Counted from the first letter of the stretch, positions 8,689 through 18,469 are shown. The stretch is DNA of 64,000 nt from an uncultured Dehalococcoidia bacterium (GCA_964573055.1 CAZNIG010000007.1:11545-75544); one strand, 5' to 3'. Made by a program: numbers and translations. The notes: generated by a model from the letters alone, not told the origin.

Positions 8689-10143
8689 ATGGAATTCGTC
8701 TCATCCGAAACAGCATATATAGCACCAAATTTCCCACCAAACCTAGATTGGATAAATGCCGATTCCCCAATAAGCCTAAATGACCTCCGCGGGAAGATAG
8801 TCTTGTTAGACTTCTGGACATACTGCTGAGTGAATTGCATGCACCTACTTCCGCAGTTGCGGAAGCTAGAACAAAAATATAGCCGGGAAATGGTCATCAT
8901 AGGTGTTCACACACCAAAGTTCACATCTGAAATGAACACCGAGAATATTCGGTCGGCCGTAATCAGGTACCGACTGAATCACCCAGTAATAAATGACAGC
9001 GCATATGGTATATGGCGGGATTATGACATACATGCCTGGCCGACGTTGATATTTATAGATCCAGTTGGACAGATCATGGGGAAGATAGAGGGAGAGGTTA
9101 CTTTTGACAGCATGGACTCCCTGTTGGGTAAGATGGTAAGACATTTCGATGAAGCCGAGCTTTTAAAACGCTCAACATTGGCAAGTAATCCGCACGAAAA
9201 ACACAACAACAAAAATCCAAAACTTTCGTTCCCTGGCAATATTACTGCGGATAAACTAAAGCGCCGTTTGTTTATATCTGATTCGAACAACGATAGGATA
9301 ATTATGGCCACACCTGATGGCCGTGTCACTGATATCATAGGCTCAGGGACTCCCGGCAACCGAGATGGTAATTTCTCAACAGCTCAATTCTCCTCACCAC
9401 AGGGTATGTCGGTACTAAAGAGCAACTTATACGTGTGTGACACAGATAACCATGCTATCCGTAGAGTAGATCTAACTACTAACGAGGTAGATACAATTAT
9501 TGATACCGCTAATTACACGTTGAGTTCGCCTTGGGACGTAGCTTGTTCAAATAACTATCTCTACTTCGCGATGGCAGGTATTCATCAATTATGGGACACA
9601 AATTTAACCACAGGCGAAACTTTACCTTTAGTTGGAACAGGGTACGAAGGACTTAAGGATGGCCCAACCACACAAGCTTGGCTGGCCCAGCCAAGTGGTA
9701 TAGCCATTCAAGATAATGTCATTTATTTTGCCGATAGCGAAACCAGTTCGATCAGGCAAATCGACCTAATGGGTGACCAATCAGTAGAAACATTAGTAGG
9801 AATTGGGCTATTCGAATTTGGAGATACCGATGGGATAGGAAACCAAGTAAGACTTCAACACCCTCTAGGCTTAACTCTCAACAATGGCTACATATTCTTG
9901 GCAGACACTTATAACAATAAAATAAAGAAACTGAACCCATATAGCCGAAAGATAGTAACCCTGGCAGGCACAGGGGAGTCCGGATTTACTGACGGAAAAT
10001 CGACCAACGCAACTTTTAACGAGCCAAGTGGCCTGACAATATTGGATAACACCATCTACATCGCAGATACCAACAACAATGCTATTCGGACCATAGATAT
10101 ATCTACTCTAGAGGTAAGAACGTTGGAGGTTACAGGTCTATAA
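8689..10143 (+). CDS. Thioredoxin-like domain + NHL-repeat beta-propeller protein, probable selenoprotein (TGA 8827-8829 read as Sec in a C-U-V-N-C redox motif)
   Basis: The frame is open from ATG 8689 to 10143 except for one TGA: ...[12 protein letters not shown][TGA][14 protein letters not shown]... Five NHL-type repeats follow (e.g. [59 protein letters not shown]). The ORF track only reports the part from GTG 8830. Confidence 0.7.
8845..8869 (+). promoter_or_regulatory. SECIS-like stem-loop downstream of in-frame UGA
   Basis: Perfect 7-bp stem CTTCCGC/GCGGAAG (8848-8854 / 8859-8865) with loop AGTT. A lower 3-bp extension CTA/TAG has a bulged C8866. The loop begins 25 nt after the UGA. Confidence 0.5.
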
Positions 10144-10148
10144 TAACT

Positions 10149-10595
10149 ATGATTGAAAACAACGAAAACCTTATTAACAATATCGCACAACCTACTATAT
10201 CGAATAATATTGTCCCAGATTGCACATTCTGCAATCTAGACAAGAGTAAATTCGAAGTTGAAAACCAATTTAGCTATGTGGTAAGCGACCTACACCCCGT
10301 AACAAAACTTCACACGTTGGTCATTCCGAAAAGACACATAGCTGATTTTTTTGGCCTTGAGCAAATCGAATTGATTTCCATTTACGAATTGCTCCAAGAA
10401 ACAAGGGCTAAGATTCAAGCAATAGACCCTACTGTTACCGGCTTCAATATCGGAACTAACGCTGGCACAGACGCCGGCCAATCTGTAGCGCATGCCCACA
10501 TCCACCTCATACCCCGCAGGAATGGAGATACAAGCCTAACGATCAATAACCCTAACGGCGGTGTCAGGTGGTCGGTTCCTAACCGCCACACTTGA
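10149..10595 (+). CDS. HIT family (histidine triad) protein
   Basis: Histidine triad HAHIHLIPR and HTLVIPKRH. TGA stop. Confidence 0.85.
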   Translation: MIENNENLINNIAQPTISNNIVPDCTFCNLDKSKFEVENQFSYVVSDLHPVTKLHTLVIPKRHIADFFGLEQIELISIYELLQETRAKIQAIDPTVTGFNIGTNAGTDAGQSVAHAHIHLIPRRNGDTSLTINNPNGGVRWSVPNRHT

Positions 10596-10620
10596 TTGGA
10601 ATACGCTAGACACAATGTAC

Positions 10621-11832
10621 CTACTTCTGCGCAATTACGATTCGGCTTGGGTTTGTCTCTGGCAGAAGTACCCCAATTAATGCCATGAAAAATGGCATTG
10701 GCACAACCACATAGAGAGCTAAAAGAAGCGATCCGGATATTTGATATATTATCCCAACCAACAATGGCCCCGCCGTTGCTGCAAGAGGCGTAAACGTCCG
10801 TGAAAGGCCCATCGCAACTGCAATCTCTCGAGGATTCAGCCGCATGTCAAACGGTATTGTCATCACGATAGGAATTACCATAAAGGCAAAGAATCCCGCG
10901 AAAAACAGAGCCCCTGCAAGTGCCATCTCGTTATCTGTAGTAATAAGAACCGTATAAAGGAAGGGTAGAAACAACCCTGAAACCCATACTATAGGTTTTC
11001 TCCTTCGAATACGCTCAGATACGATTCCAGCTATAGATGTTCCTATAAATCCCCCTATAGGATAAAGACTAAACAACGGACCAATTCTTTCTATCGTCAT
11101 ATCCCGAGTATCTATCATGAAACTAGGCCAGAACGTCATAAATGACGCGAATGTTATCGAAGCCCCAACTTGACACAGCGCAACCAGCCAGAGAGCCCTG
11201 TGCTCGCGCAAAACCTTCAGTGGGACCATTAACCCACGATCACCCTCTTCCATATGCGAGTCTGGATGTTCTTTGCCGAACAGGTACCAAACCAGAGTAG
11301 CGCAAAGCATCCCACAACCAAATAGGTAATAAACATTGTGCCAATTCCCAAGAGCGTTAAGCAGTGTAGGACCCAACGCCAAGCTTATCGTTTGGCCGAT
11401 ACCTAATGCACTAAAGTTAATACTAAGAACCCGTGCAACCTTGTGAGGTTCAAACCACTGGTGTATAAGCATAACTTCTGGCGTAGCACGGCCAACTGAT
11501 AATGCCACAAACAGAAACCGACCAGCGAGAAGCACCCAAAACACTGGAGCCCATCCCTGAATAAATAGAAAGATACTACTCCCACCAGTAAGCAATAAAG
11601 TCACTAGCCTAGGGTTATATCTAGACAACCACAGACTAGATGGCAGAGAGAAGCTAGCAAAGCCCAGAAAAAAAGCTGACCCTAGAAGCCCTGATTCTAC
11701 CGGATTTAGCTCGAATTCAGCTTGAATATCTGGAAGCAATATACCTAGGGTGAACCCTGTAAGTACGACAAAGATATTTGCGCACCACAAAGAAGCGATT
11801 ACCACCCAACCGTATCCGATGCTCAGAGTCAT
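10621..11832 (-). CDS. MFS transporter
   Basis: About 12 predicted TM helices in a two-times-six arrangement with a central loop (GKEHPDSHMEEGDRG). Confidence 0.8.
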   Translation of the reverse strand: MTLSIGYGWVVIASLWCANIFVVLTGFTLGILLPDIQAEFELNPVESGLLGSAFFLGFASFSLPSSLWLSRYNPRLVTLLLTGGSSIFLFIQGWAPVFWVLLAGRFLFVALSVGRATPEVMLIHQWFEPHKVARVLSINFSALGIGQTISLALGPTLLNALGNWHNVYYLFGCGMLCATLVWYLFGKEHPDSHMEEGDRGLMVPLKVLREHRALWLVALCQVGASITFASFMTFWPSFMIDTRDMTIERIGPLFSLYPIGGFIGTSIAGIVSERIRRRKPIVWVSGLFLPFLYTVLITTDNEMALAGALFFAGFFAFMVIPIVMTIPFDMRLNPREIAVAMGLSRTFTPLAATAGPLLVGIIYQISGSLLLALYVVVPMPFFMALIGVLLPETNPSRIVIAQK

Positions 11833-11907
11833 AACAGACTACAACCTCGCTTCTTGCAACCATTCACCGTTTAGCGTTGTAAACGGACAATGGTCTCCAC
11901 TCCATAT

Positions 11908-12324
11908 TTACCTGAGAGAAGCAGATATATTGCCACCGTCGACCGTGGTCACGTCCGCAGTAGTCTTAGTTTGCAAAGCTTGATGCAAAAAAGCCTTAGC
12001 TACGTCTTCGGGGGTGACTTCCGCTCCAAGAAGGTTGCCCTTCATATAATCTTGTTCACTAACTCCTCTAGCTTTAGATCTATCAGAAATCAATTGAGGC
12101 GTTAGGATACCACTCCGAATTCTATCGGCATTCACCGCATTTGCCCTTATACCATAACGACCATTCTCCAACGCATATTGCCGAACCAAAAACAGTGCTG
12201 CAGCCTTGGGTAATCCATAAGCTCCGAAGGATTCCCCGGGATTAACAGCTTGTTTGGAAACATTGAATAATAAGACCCCTCCAATGTCTTGCAAACGCAT
12301 GACTCTTATAGCATTTTGTGCCAC
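11908..12324 (-). CDS. C-terminal part of the SDR domain of the upstream aldolase/SDR gene (fragment). The frame stays open up to 12393 and is contiguous with 12394..13968 across one TGA.
   Basis: Contains the SDR catalytic Ser and YxxxK (NVSKQAV...AYGLPKAAA) and the typical C-terminus (TGNxxxVDGG-like TTVDGGNISASLR). It lacks its own Rossmann GxxxGxG, which lies in the upstream ORF. Confidence 0.7.
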   Translation of the reverse strand: MAQNAIRVMRLQDIGGVLLFNVSKQAVNPGESFGAYGLPKAAALFLVRQYALENGRYGIRANAVNADRIRSGILTPQLISDRSKARGVSEQDYMKGNLLGAEVTPEDVAKAFLHQALQTKTTADVTTVDGGNISASLR

Positions 12325-12393
12325 AGACTGATGGGAGAAGAAATTGAGATCAAAGCTGTCCCGTAATGAGCGATCTGGGATTTCGGCAATTTG

Positions 12394-13968
12394 TCACTGC
12401 CATGATGCTCCAGCAATAGAAACCACAATATCAACACCACCAAAACGTTTACAGACAGTATCGAATGCATTTTCCACTGAAGCTCTATCCGTTACATCAC
12501 ATTCCACGGGAAGCGCGTATCGCCCAATTTCTCCAGAAATTTGGTCAGCCCTTGTGTAATCTATGTCAAGAAGAGCTACTTCCGCTCCTTGGTAAGCGAA
12601 TTCCTTGGCAACCGCCCTGCCTATCGCACCGGCACCACCCGTAACTACCACAACGCATCCTGAGAATTGTTTTGTGTACGAACGCCCTAATTTTGCCTGC
12701 TCTAAGGACCAATATTCTACCTCGAACAAATCTGATTCACTAAAAGGCTGGAATACACCAATACCACTTGCATCAGTTATTGTGTCAATCGTGCTTTCGG
12801 CTATGTCCGCTGCTATCGAAGCGTCCCTCGCATTTCTACCAACACCAAACAGTCCTATTCCAGGAACCAACACCACTCGAGGAAATGGATCCAATTCAAT
12901 CTTTGAATTTTCCTGATTAGTTTGATGACGATCAAAATAGGCATGATATTCCTCTACAAATCCATCCACGGCCTCTATTACTCTACCCCGATAGGATTCG
13001 AGATCATAACCGTTTGACGAAGGAAGCAGGAGTGGCCAATTCTTTGTCCTAATAGTGTGATCTGGTGTAACTATCCAGGGCTCTCTGTCCCCTGATTCCG
13101 TAGCTAAAGCTGCGTGATTGAGTATAATATCACTAGTCCTGAACTCAAGGATAAACCTCGAGTTCCCATCAAAGGACAGTTTGTCCTTCATTCTGAAAGC
13201 GCCTCTAATCAAAGGGCCTAAATCCGAATGTCCAAGATTGCCATGGTTGAAAGATGCACCCTGAAATACTTGCTTTTTACCTTTTGCCAAATAGCTCTCA
13301 ACTAGAGTAACTAGGTCAATCATCATCTGGTAAGACTCCTGTGCTGAATCACCAAACGTAAAAATCCCGTGTTTTAAAAGTATCAGACCATCTATACCAG
13401 AGGATTCCTCGTATACCTTGTAACCTACCTTAGCCAATTCAAAACCAGGTCTTATGTAAGGCACGATTCCAACACGACCCCCGAAAATTTCCTCACACAG
13501 ATCCACAGCATTACTTTGATTTGTAAGACTCAATATCGCATTGGCATGGGTATGATCAACGAATTTATGAGATATATACGCATGAAGCAACGTCTCTATT
13601 GACGGGGTGGAAGCCATACTATCCATCAGATTAGATCGTTCGAAATTTACTAATTGGTCGTCTGAAAGAGAATTCAGTTCCTTCAATTTTAGCAATGGCT
13701 CCAATCTCACGGCCGGCAATTCATCCGGTTGAATATATGCCATATCGGATCCGCTGCCCTTAACGCAAATAATATCTTGATATTTGCCGAAAACGTCAGT
13801 TGCCACGGTTTTCACTGAGGTATTGCCTCCCCCGTGCAAAACCAGCTTAGGGTTAACTCCAAGTAGCCGCGTTGTATAAACCCGCCAGGCAAGGTCTTCG
13901 GGAACACCATTGTCCTTTAGGCCATTCACAAGTTTTATGGCTTCGGAATCTGACCACAAGTTTTCCAT
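12394..13968 (-). CDS. Bifunctional class II aldolase/adducin-domain + short-chain dehydrogenase protein, N-terminal 524 aa ending at an in-frame TGA
   Basis: N-terminal aldolase-like half, then SDR Rossmann start VVVVTGGAGAIGRAVAKEF...DIVVSIAGASWQ[TGA]. GAGGT precedes ATG 13968. Confidence 0.8.
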   Translation of the reverse strand: MENLWSDSEAIKLVNGLKDNGVPEDLAWRVYTTRLLGVNPKLVLHGGGNTSVKTVATDVFGKYQDIICVKGSGSDMAYIQPDELPAVRLEPLLKLKELNSLSDDQLVNFERSNLMDSMASTPSIETLLHAYISHKFVDHTHANAILSLTNQSNAVDLCEEIFGGRVGIVPYIRPGFELAKVGYKVYEESSGIDGLILLKHGIFTFGDSAQESYQMMIDLVTLVESYLAKGKKQVFQGASFNHGNLGHSDLGPLIRGAFRMKDKLSFDGNSRFILEFRTSDIILNHAALATESGDREPWIVTPDHTIRTKNWPLLLPSSNGYDLESYRGRVIEAVDGFVEEYHAYFDRHQTNQENSKIELDPFPRVVLVPGIGLFGVGRNARDASIAADIAESTIDTITDASGIGVFQPFSESDLFEVEYWSLEQAKLGRSYTKQFSGCVVVVTGGAGAIGRAVAKEFAYQGAEVALLDIDYTRADQISGEIGRYALPVECDVTDRASVENAFDTVCKRFGGVDIVVSIAGASWQ

Positions 13969-14142
13969 AATACCTCATAGTGCACCTAATACAGGTCGCT
14001 TTTTAGTTATTCCAAATTTGCTGGTCGATCCTGATTCTATGCCTGTTATTGGCAGCGCGCAATACAAGATCATATTCTCCCAATTACTAGTACATTACTA
14101 CGTGGTAAACTAGCACGAGTTAAAGCATCACAGGGGGAGTCA

Positions 14143-14967
14143 TTGACTAAGTTTCATGAGAAGATATCTGAGGCCTCCAAAAGAAACAACTCTCTACTCT
14201 GCATAGGCCTTGCCCCAGATCCTAGCTTGATGCCAATTAAGAATGTTTTTGACTTTAATAAATCTATAATAGATGCTACCTCTGATCTTATATGCTGTTA
14301 CAAGCCAAACTTGGCATTTTACGAAGCTCTAGGAATGCCAGGGTTAGAATCGCTCCAAAAAACCATCGAATATATTCCATCCCACATTCCAGTAATAGGA
14401 GATGCTAAAAGAGGAGATATCGGATCGACAGCTAAGGCGTACGCACAAGCTCTTTTTGAGAGATGGAGTTTCGACGCCGCCACAATTAACCCATATCTTG
14501 GGAAAGACTCTTTAGACCCATTTCTAGAGTACCAGGATAGAGGAATTCTAATCCTATGCCACACATCCAATCCAAGTGCACAAGATTTTCAAGAACTTAA
14601 AACCACAGATGAATCTGGCCAGTACCTGCTCTACGAGAAAATAGCAATCAAGGCCAATGAATGGAATGCCAACGACAACATAGGACTGGTTGTCGGAGCG
14701 ACTTATCCAAGTCAGATGAAGACAGTCAGAGAAATATGCCCGGATATGCTGATACTAGCACCCGGCGTAGGAACCCAAGGTGGCGAACTTGATGACACAA
14801 TAAAATTCGGGATGAGCCCAAATGGCGGAGGCATAATAATAAACGTATCTAGGGCTGTTCTATACGCATCTGCAGACAGTGGCTCGTTTTCGCAGTCAGC
14901 CAGAGCCGCTGCAAGCAGTTTAAAAGACAAGATCAACCTAGCTTGTTCCAAGGCGATGGGCTATTGA
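14143..14967 (+). CDS. pyrF: Orotidine 5'-phosphate decarboxylase (type 2)
   Basis: NSLLCIGLAPD...IPVIGDAKRGDIGSTAKAYA...LAPGVGTQGG motifs. TTG start with GGGGAG upstream. TGA stop. Confidence 0.85.
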   Translation: MTKFHEKISEASKRNNSLLCIGLAPDPSLMPIKNVFDFNKSIIDATSDLICCYKPNLAFYEALGMPGLESLQKTIEYIPSHIPVIGDAKRGDIGSTAKAYAQALFERWSFDAATINPYLGKDSLDPFLEYQDRGILILCHTSNPSAQDFQELKTTDESGQYLLYEKIAIKANEWNANDNIGLVVGATYPSQMKTVREICPDMLILAPGVGTQGGELDDTIKFGMSPNGGGIIINVSRAVLYASADSGSFSQSARAAASSLKDKINLACSKAMGY

Positions 14968-15218
14968 GAAACCTTGCTGTCGGCGATCTGATCTACCTAC
15001 GTAAGATACACCATTGCGGCAATTCAATCTGGAATATATACAGAGTAGGTACAGGCATCGGAATAAAATGCACCAAATGCAACAAGCGTACATTGATGGC
15101 AAGAAGAGATTTGCTGAAGCAAATTAAGCCAAATAAATGGCTAAAGGAATACTCCGGACAAGACAATTCGGGCTTGCCTCCAGTACCAATGACAACTATA
15201 ATTGACCTTAATCTCTGA
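14964..15218 (+). CDS. DUF951 family protein
   Basis: VGDLIYLRKIHHCGNSIWNIYRVGTGIGIKCTKCNKRTLMARRDL matches the DUF951 pattern (HPCG...W.I.RVGADI.IKC..C). The likely TTG start at 14964 overlaps the pyrF stop (TTGA). The ORF is open from TTG 14943. Confidence 0.6.
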   Translation: MRNLAVGDLIYLRKIHHCGNSIWNIYRVGTGIGIKCTKCNKRTLMARRDLLKQIKPNKWLKEYSGQDNSGLPPVPMTTIIDLNL

Positions 15219-15250
15219 TATCTACACGCCTTCCCAAGTGGAGCTCCTAG

Positions 15251-15928
15251 TTGTCACCTAAACCTTCAGTAATCGCGATAGACGGCCCGGTTGCCGCAGG
15301 AAAAACCGCTGTAAGTGCCCTACTAGCCGTGAAGATGGGGTACCGATTCATAGATACGGGCGTAATGTATCGAGCCATTACATGGGCTGTCCTGAGGGCC
15401 GGATTGGATCCAGACGACCAAGACCAAGTTTCCAACTTGGCTAGAGCCACCAGAATCGAGGTAACAGGGAACAATTCCGATGGAGGAGAGCGCATTACAG
15501 TAGACGGAGAAGATGTTACAAGCCAACTAAGAACCCAACAGGTTGAGAGTAACGTCGCCCGTGTATCTAAGATTAAAGGAGTCAGAGTTGCGATGGTCAG
15601 TCTGCAAAGGGCATTTGCAGAAAGTGGGAAGATAGTCATGGCCGGCAGAGACATCGGAACAGTAGTGCTGCCAAACGCTCCATTAAAGATATTCATTACA
15701 GCATCTGCAAAGGTAAGAGCACAAAGGCGATACTTAGAACTCACAGATTCAGGTCAATCACCAGAATTTCAGCAGGTCCTGAATAATCTCCTAGATAGGG
15801 ATAAATTAGACACAGAAAGGGCAACGTCTCCCCTCAGACCAGATAAAGACGCCCATATACTAAACACGGACGACATCCAACTAGATGAAGTTGTAGGTCA
15901 TATTATATCCCTCGCAGAGGCCATTTGA
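15251..15928 (+). CDS. cmk: Cytidylate kinase
   Basis: VIAIDGPVAAGKTAVSALLAVKMGYRFIDTGVMYRA (P-loop plus CMP-binding region). TTG start. Confidence 0.9.
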   Translation: MSPKPSVIAIDGPVAAGKTAVSALLAVKMGYRFIDTGVMYRAITWAVLRAGLDPDDQDQVSNLARATRIEVTGNNSDGGERITVDGEDVTSQLRTQQVESNVARVSKIKGVRVAMVSLQRAFAESGKIVMAGRDIGTVVLPNAPLKIFITASAKVRAQRRYLELTDSGQSPEFQQVLNNLLDRDKLDTERATSPLRPDKDAHILNTDDIQLDEVVGHIISLAEAI

Positions 15929-16569
15929 TGGGAGCGGTGTTTTCTACCTCAAACGTACTGATGAAATGGGCCTTAAGGTTTTGGGGGGACTGGCAGATTG
16001 AAGGCCGAGAAAATGTGCCTCAAGATGGCCCATTAATAGTAGTATCCAACCACCTCAGTAATTTAGACCCCCCACTGCTGGCTGCAAGCATACCAAGACG
16101 ACTGTATTTCATGGCTAAACGTGGAATTTTCCACGACCCACTGGTGTCTGCCTTTCTAAAGTCATGGGGAGCCTTCCCGTTAAACCGAGATGGGGCAGAT
16201 ATCTCAGCAATTAGATGGAGCTTGGATACGCTTGAGCGCGGAGGAGGGCTAGCGATTTTCCCGGAGGGAACAAGGAGCCCAAAGGGTATAAAGAATCCAA
16301 TCTCTGGAGTGGCTTTGATCGCCCGAAAATCTGGTGCTCCAATATTACCTGTAGGCATAACTGGAACTGAGAGTGTCGGGCCGCCATGGCAGATAGCTTT
16401 CCCAAAGGGTGAATTCAAAGTCAACATAGGCACACCATTTACGGTGGGCGAAGGTTACGGATCTAAAACAAGCAGAGAAGATCTCGAGGCCACTACAAAT
16501 GATATTATGGAAAAGGTAGCCTCGCTTCTCCCAAAGAACTACAGAGGCATATTCCCGCTAGATAGTTAA
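15928..16569 (+). CDS. plsC: 1-acyl-sn-glycerol-3-phosphate acyltransferase
   Basis: Acyltransferase motifs SNHLSNLDP and FPEGTRS. ATG 15928 overlaps the cmk TGA by 1 nt (TGATG). Confidence 0.85.
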   Translation: MGAVFSTSNVLMKWALRFWGDWQIEGRENVPQDGPLIVVSNHLSNLDPPLLAASIPRRLYFMAKRGIFHDPLVSAFLKSWGAFPLNRDGADISAIRWSLDTLERGGGLAIFPEGTRSPKGIKNPISGVALIARKSGAPILPVGITGTESVGPPWQIAFPKGEFKVNIGTPFTVGEGYGSKTSREDLEATTNDIMEKVASLLPKNYRGIFPLDS

Positions 16570-16624
16570 TACACAGTTCATTAAACCAAATTGTAGATAC
16601 AGGAAAAAAGCGAGGGTATCTGGG

Positions 16625-18469
16625 TTGTGTGGAATCATAGGCTATACGGGTAAGAAAAGTGCAGCACAAATATTGCTGGATGGTTTGACAAGCCTAGAAT
16701 ACAGAGGCTATGACAGCGCCGGAATCGCCGTGATAGACCCCTCAGGTAAGTTGGTAATCGACAAGAAGTCAGGCAAATTGGATCGCCTAAGACAGTCTAT
16801 AAGTGAATCCCTCCCAAACGGGACTCTAGGGATTGGACACACGAGGTGGGCGACACATGGAGAACCCAATGAAGCGAATGCCCATCCCCACGTAGATTGC
16901 ACCGGACAGATTGTTGTTGTTCACAATGGGATAGTAGAAAATTACCTCGATCTCAAAGCCAATCTTATTCAGCAGGGGCATACTTTCAAATCTGAAACTG
17001 ACAGCGAGGTAATCGCCCATCTCATCGAAAGCCTAGTAAAGACCGGGATGAACCTTGAAGAGGCAGCAAGACGTACTGCAACCAGATTGATGGGCTCCCA
17101 TGCAGTTGTAGTAATCGACAGTAACGCACCGAATATCTTAGTCGCGTTCAGGGTGGGACATGCTGGAGGCCTATTCATAGGAAACTGCGATGGAGAAACA
17201 TTTGTAGCCAGTGACTTGCCTGCTATCCTCCCACACACCCAAACCGTAACCTCGCTTGCAGCAGGGGAAGTTGCACTTATTTCACCCGGAGACGCGTCGT
17301 ACTCTGATTTCGATGGCGTACCAGTAACCAAAACGCCAGAGGTTGTACCATACGACACGGTGTCTGTGGCGCGTGGAGGGTACAAACACTTCATGCTAAA
17401 GGAAATCGCAGAGCAACCTCAAGCGATAGTGGCCACACTAAGAGGCCGTGTTTCGTTTAAGCCATGGTCTGTGGCCCTAGAAAACGTACCCTTCTCAAAA
17501 ACCGAGATAATGAATATCAACCGAGTTATATTTATTGGAATGGGCACTAGCCTTCACGCCTGCCTAATCGCCAGTAGAATGATGGAAGAACTGAGTGGAA
17601 TACCATCATCAGCAGAGAACGCATCAGAATTCAGATATAGAGACCCAATTATTGACAGCCGTACCCTTGTGGTTTCGGTTGGACAATCCGGTGAGACAGC
17701 AGACACACTCTCCGGGATGGAAGAAGCATCTAAAAAAGGAGCGCACACTATAACCGTGTGCAATGCAGAAGGCAGTCAAGCTACCAGAATGGCAGATGGG
17801 ATTATCTATCTTAAGGCAGGACCAGAGATAGGAGTGGCCTCAACTAAAACATTCATCTGTTCCCTAGAAGCACTTTACATTCTATCGTTATACATTGGAT
17901 CAACCAGAGGGCACCTATCAGATAATGAACTAGGGTCAAGGATAACCGATCTTACCCGTATTCCTGATCTGCTTGGGGGACTGATACACAACCAAGAACC
18001 TTATTCATACCTGTCCGAGTTGTATCATAATAAATCACATTTTCTTTACCTGGGGCGCGGCATTACCTACCCAGTTGCGCTTGAAGGAGCTTTGAAACTC
18101 AAAGAGATTTCATATATACACGCTGAAGGCAGTCCAGCTGGGGAAATAAAACACGGACCAATAGCGCTCATAGACGAAAGAATGCCCGTAGTGGCCATAG
18201 CCCCTCAAGATAACCTACAAGATAAAATGGCCAACAACATATCTGAAGTTAAAACCAGAGGCGGTACAGTCATCGCAGTTGCTACAGAAGGAGATACTTA
18301 CATCCCATCTTTAGTGGATCACACGCTTTATATTCCGAAAACGTCATTACTGCTCACTCCTATAGTGGCATCTGTGCCACTACAACTACTCGCGTATCAT
18401 CTGGCTGTTAGACTTGGACGTGATGTAGATCAACCTAGAAATCTAGCTAAAACCGTCACGGTAGAATAG
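16625..18469 (+). CDS. glmS: Glutamine--fructose-6-phosphate aminotransferase
   Basis: N-terminal MCGIIGY (Ntn Cys), two SIS domains, C-terminal ...LAKTVTVE. TTG start. Confidence 0.95.
   Translation: MCGIIGYTGKKSAAQILLDGLTSLEYRGYDSAGIAVIDPSGKLVIDKKSGKLDRLRQSISESLPNGTLGIGHTRWATHGEPNEANAHPHVDCTGQIVVVHNGIVENYLDLKANLIQQGHTFKSETDSEVIAHLIESLVKTGMNLEEAARRTATRLMGSHAVVVIDSNAPNILVAFRVGHAGGLFIGNCDGETFVASDLPAILPHTQTVTSLAAGEVALISPGDASYSDFDGVPVTKTPEVVPYDTVSVARGGYKHFMLKEIAEQPQAIVATLRGRVSFKPWSVALENVPFSKTEIMNINRVIFIGMGTSLHACLIASRMMEELSGIPSSAENASEFRYRDPIIDSRTLVVSVGQSGETADTLSGMEEASKKGAHTITVCNAEGSQATRMADGIIYLKAGPEIGVASTKTFICSLEALYILSLYIGSTRGHLSDNELGSRITDLTRIPDLLGGLIHNQEPYSYLSELYHNKSHFLYLGRGITYPVALEGALKLKEISYIHAEGSPAGEIKHGPIALIDERMPVVAIAPQDNLQDKMANNISEVKTRGGTVIAVATEGDTYIPSLVDHTLYIPKTSLLLTPIVASVPLQLLAYHLAVRLGRDVDQPRNLAKTVTVE

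Noticed and set aside
12394-12396. Selenocysteine at the TGA inside the aldolase/SDR gene
   Set aside because: The position is in a non-catalytic loop after the (N)AG motif, where no Cys is expected. I found no convincing stem-loop 16-37 nt downstream, only a 5-bp AGATC/GATCT pairing with a 20-nt loop. I kept it as a nonsense mutation or read-through candidate instead.
16570-16624. glmS ribozyme upstream of glmS
   Set aside because: Only 55 nt separate plsC from glmS, which is too short for the ribozyme of about 170 nt. No conserved core was seen.
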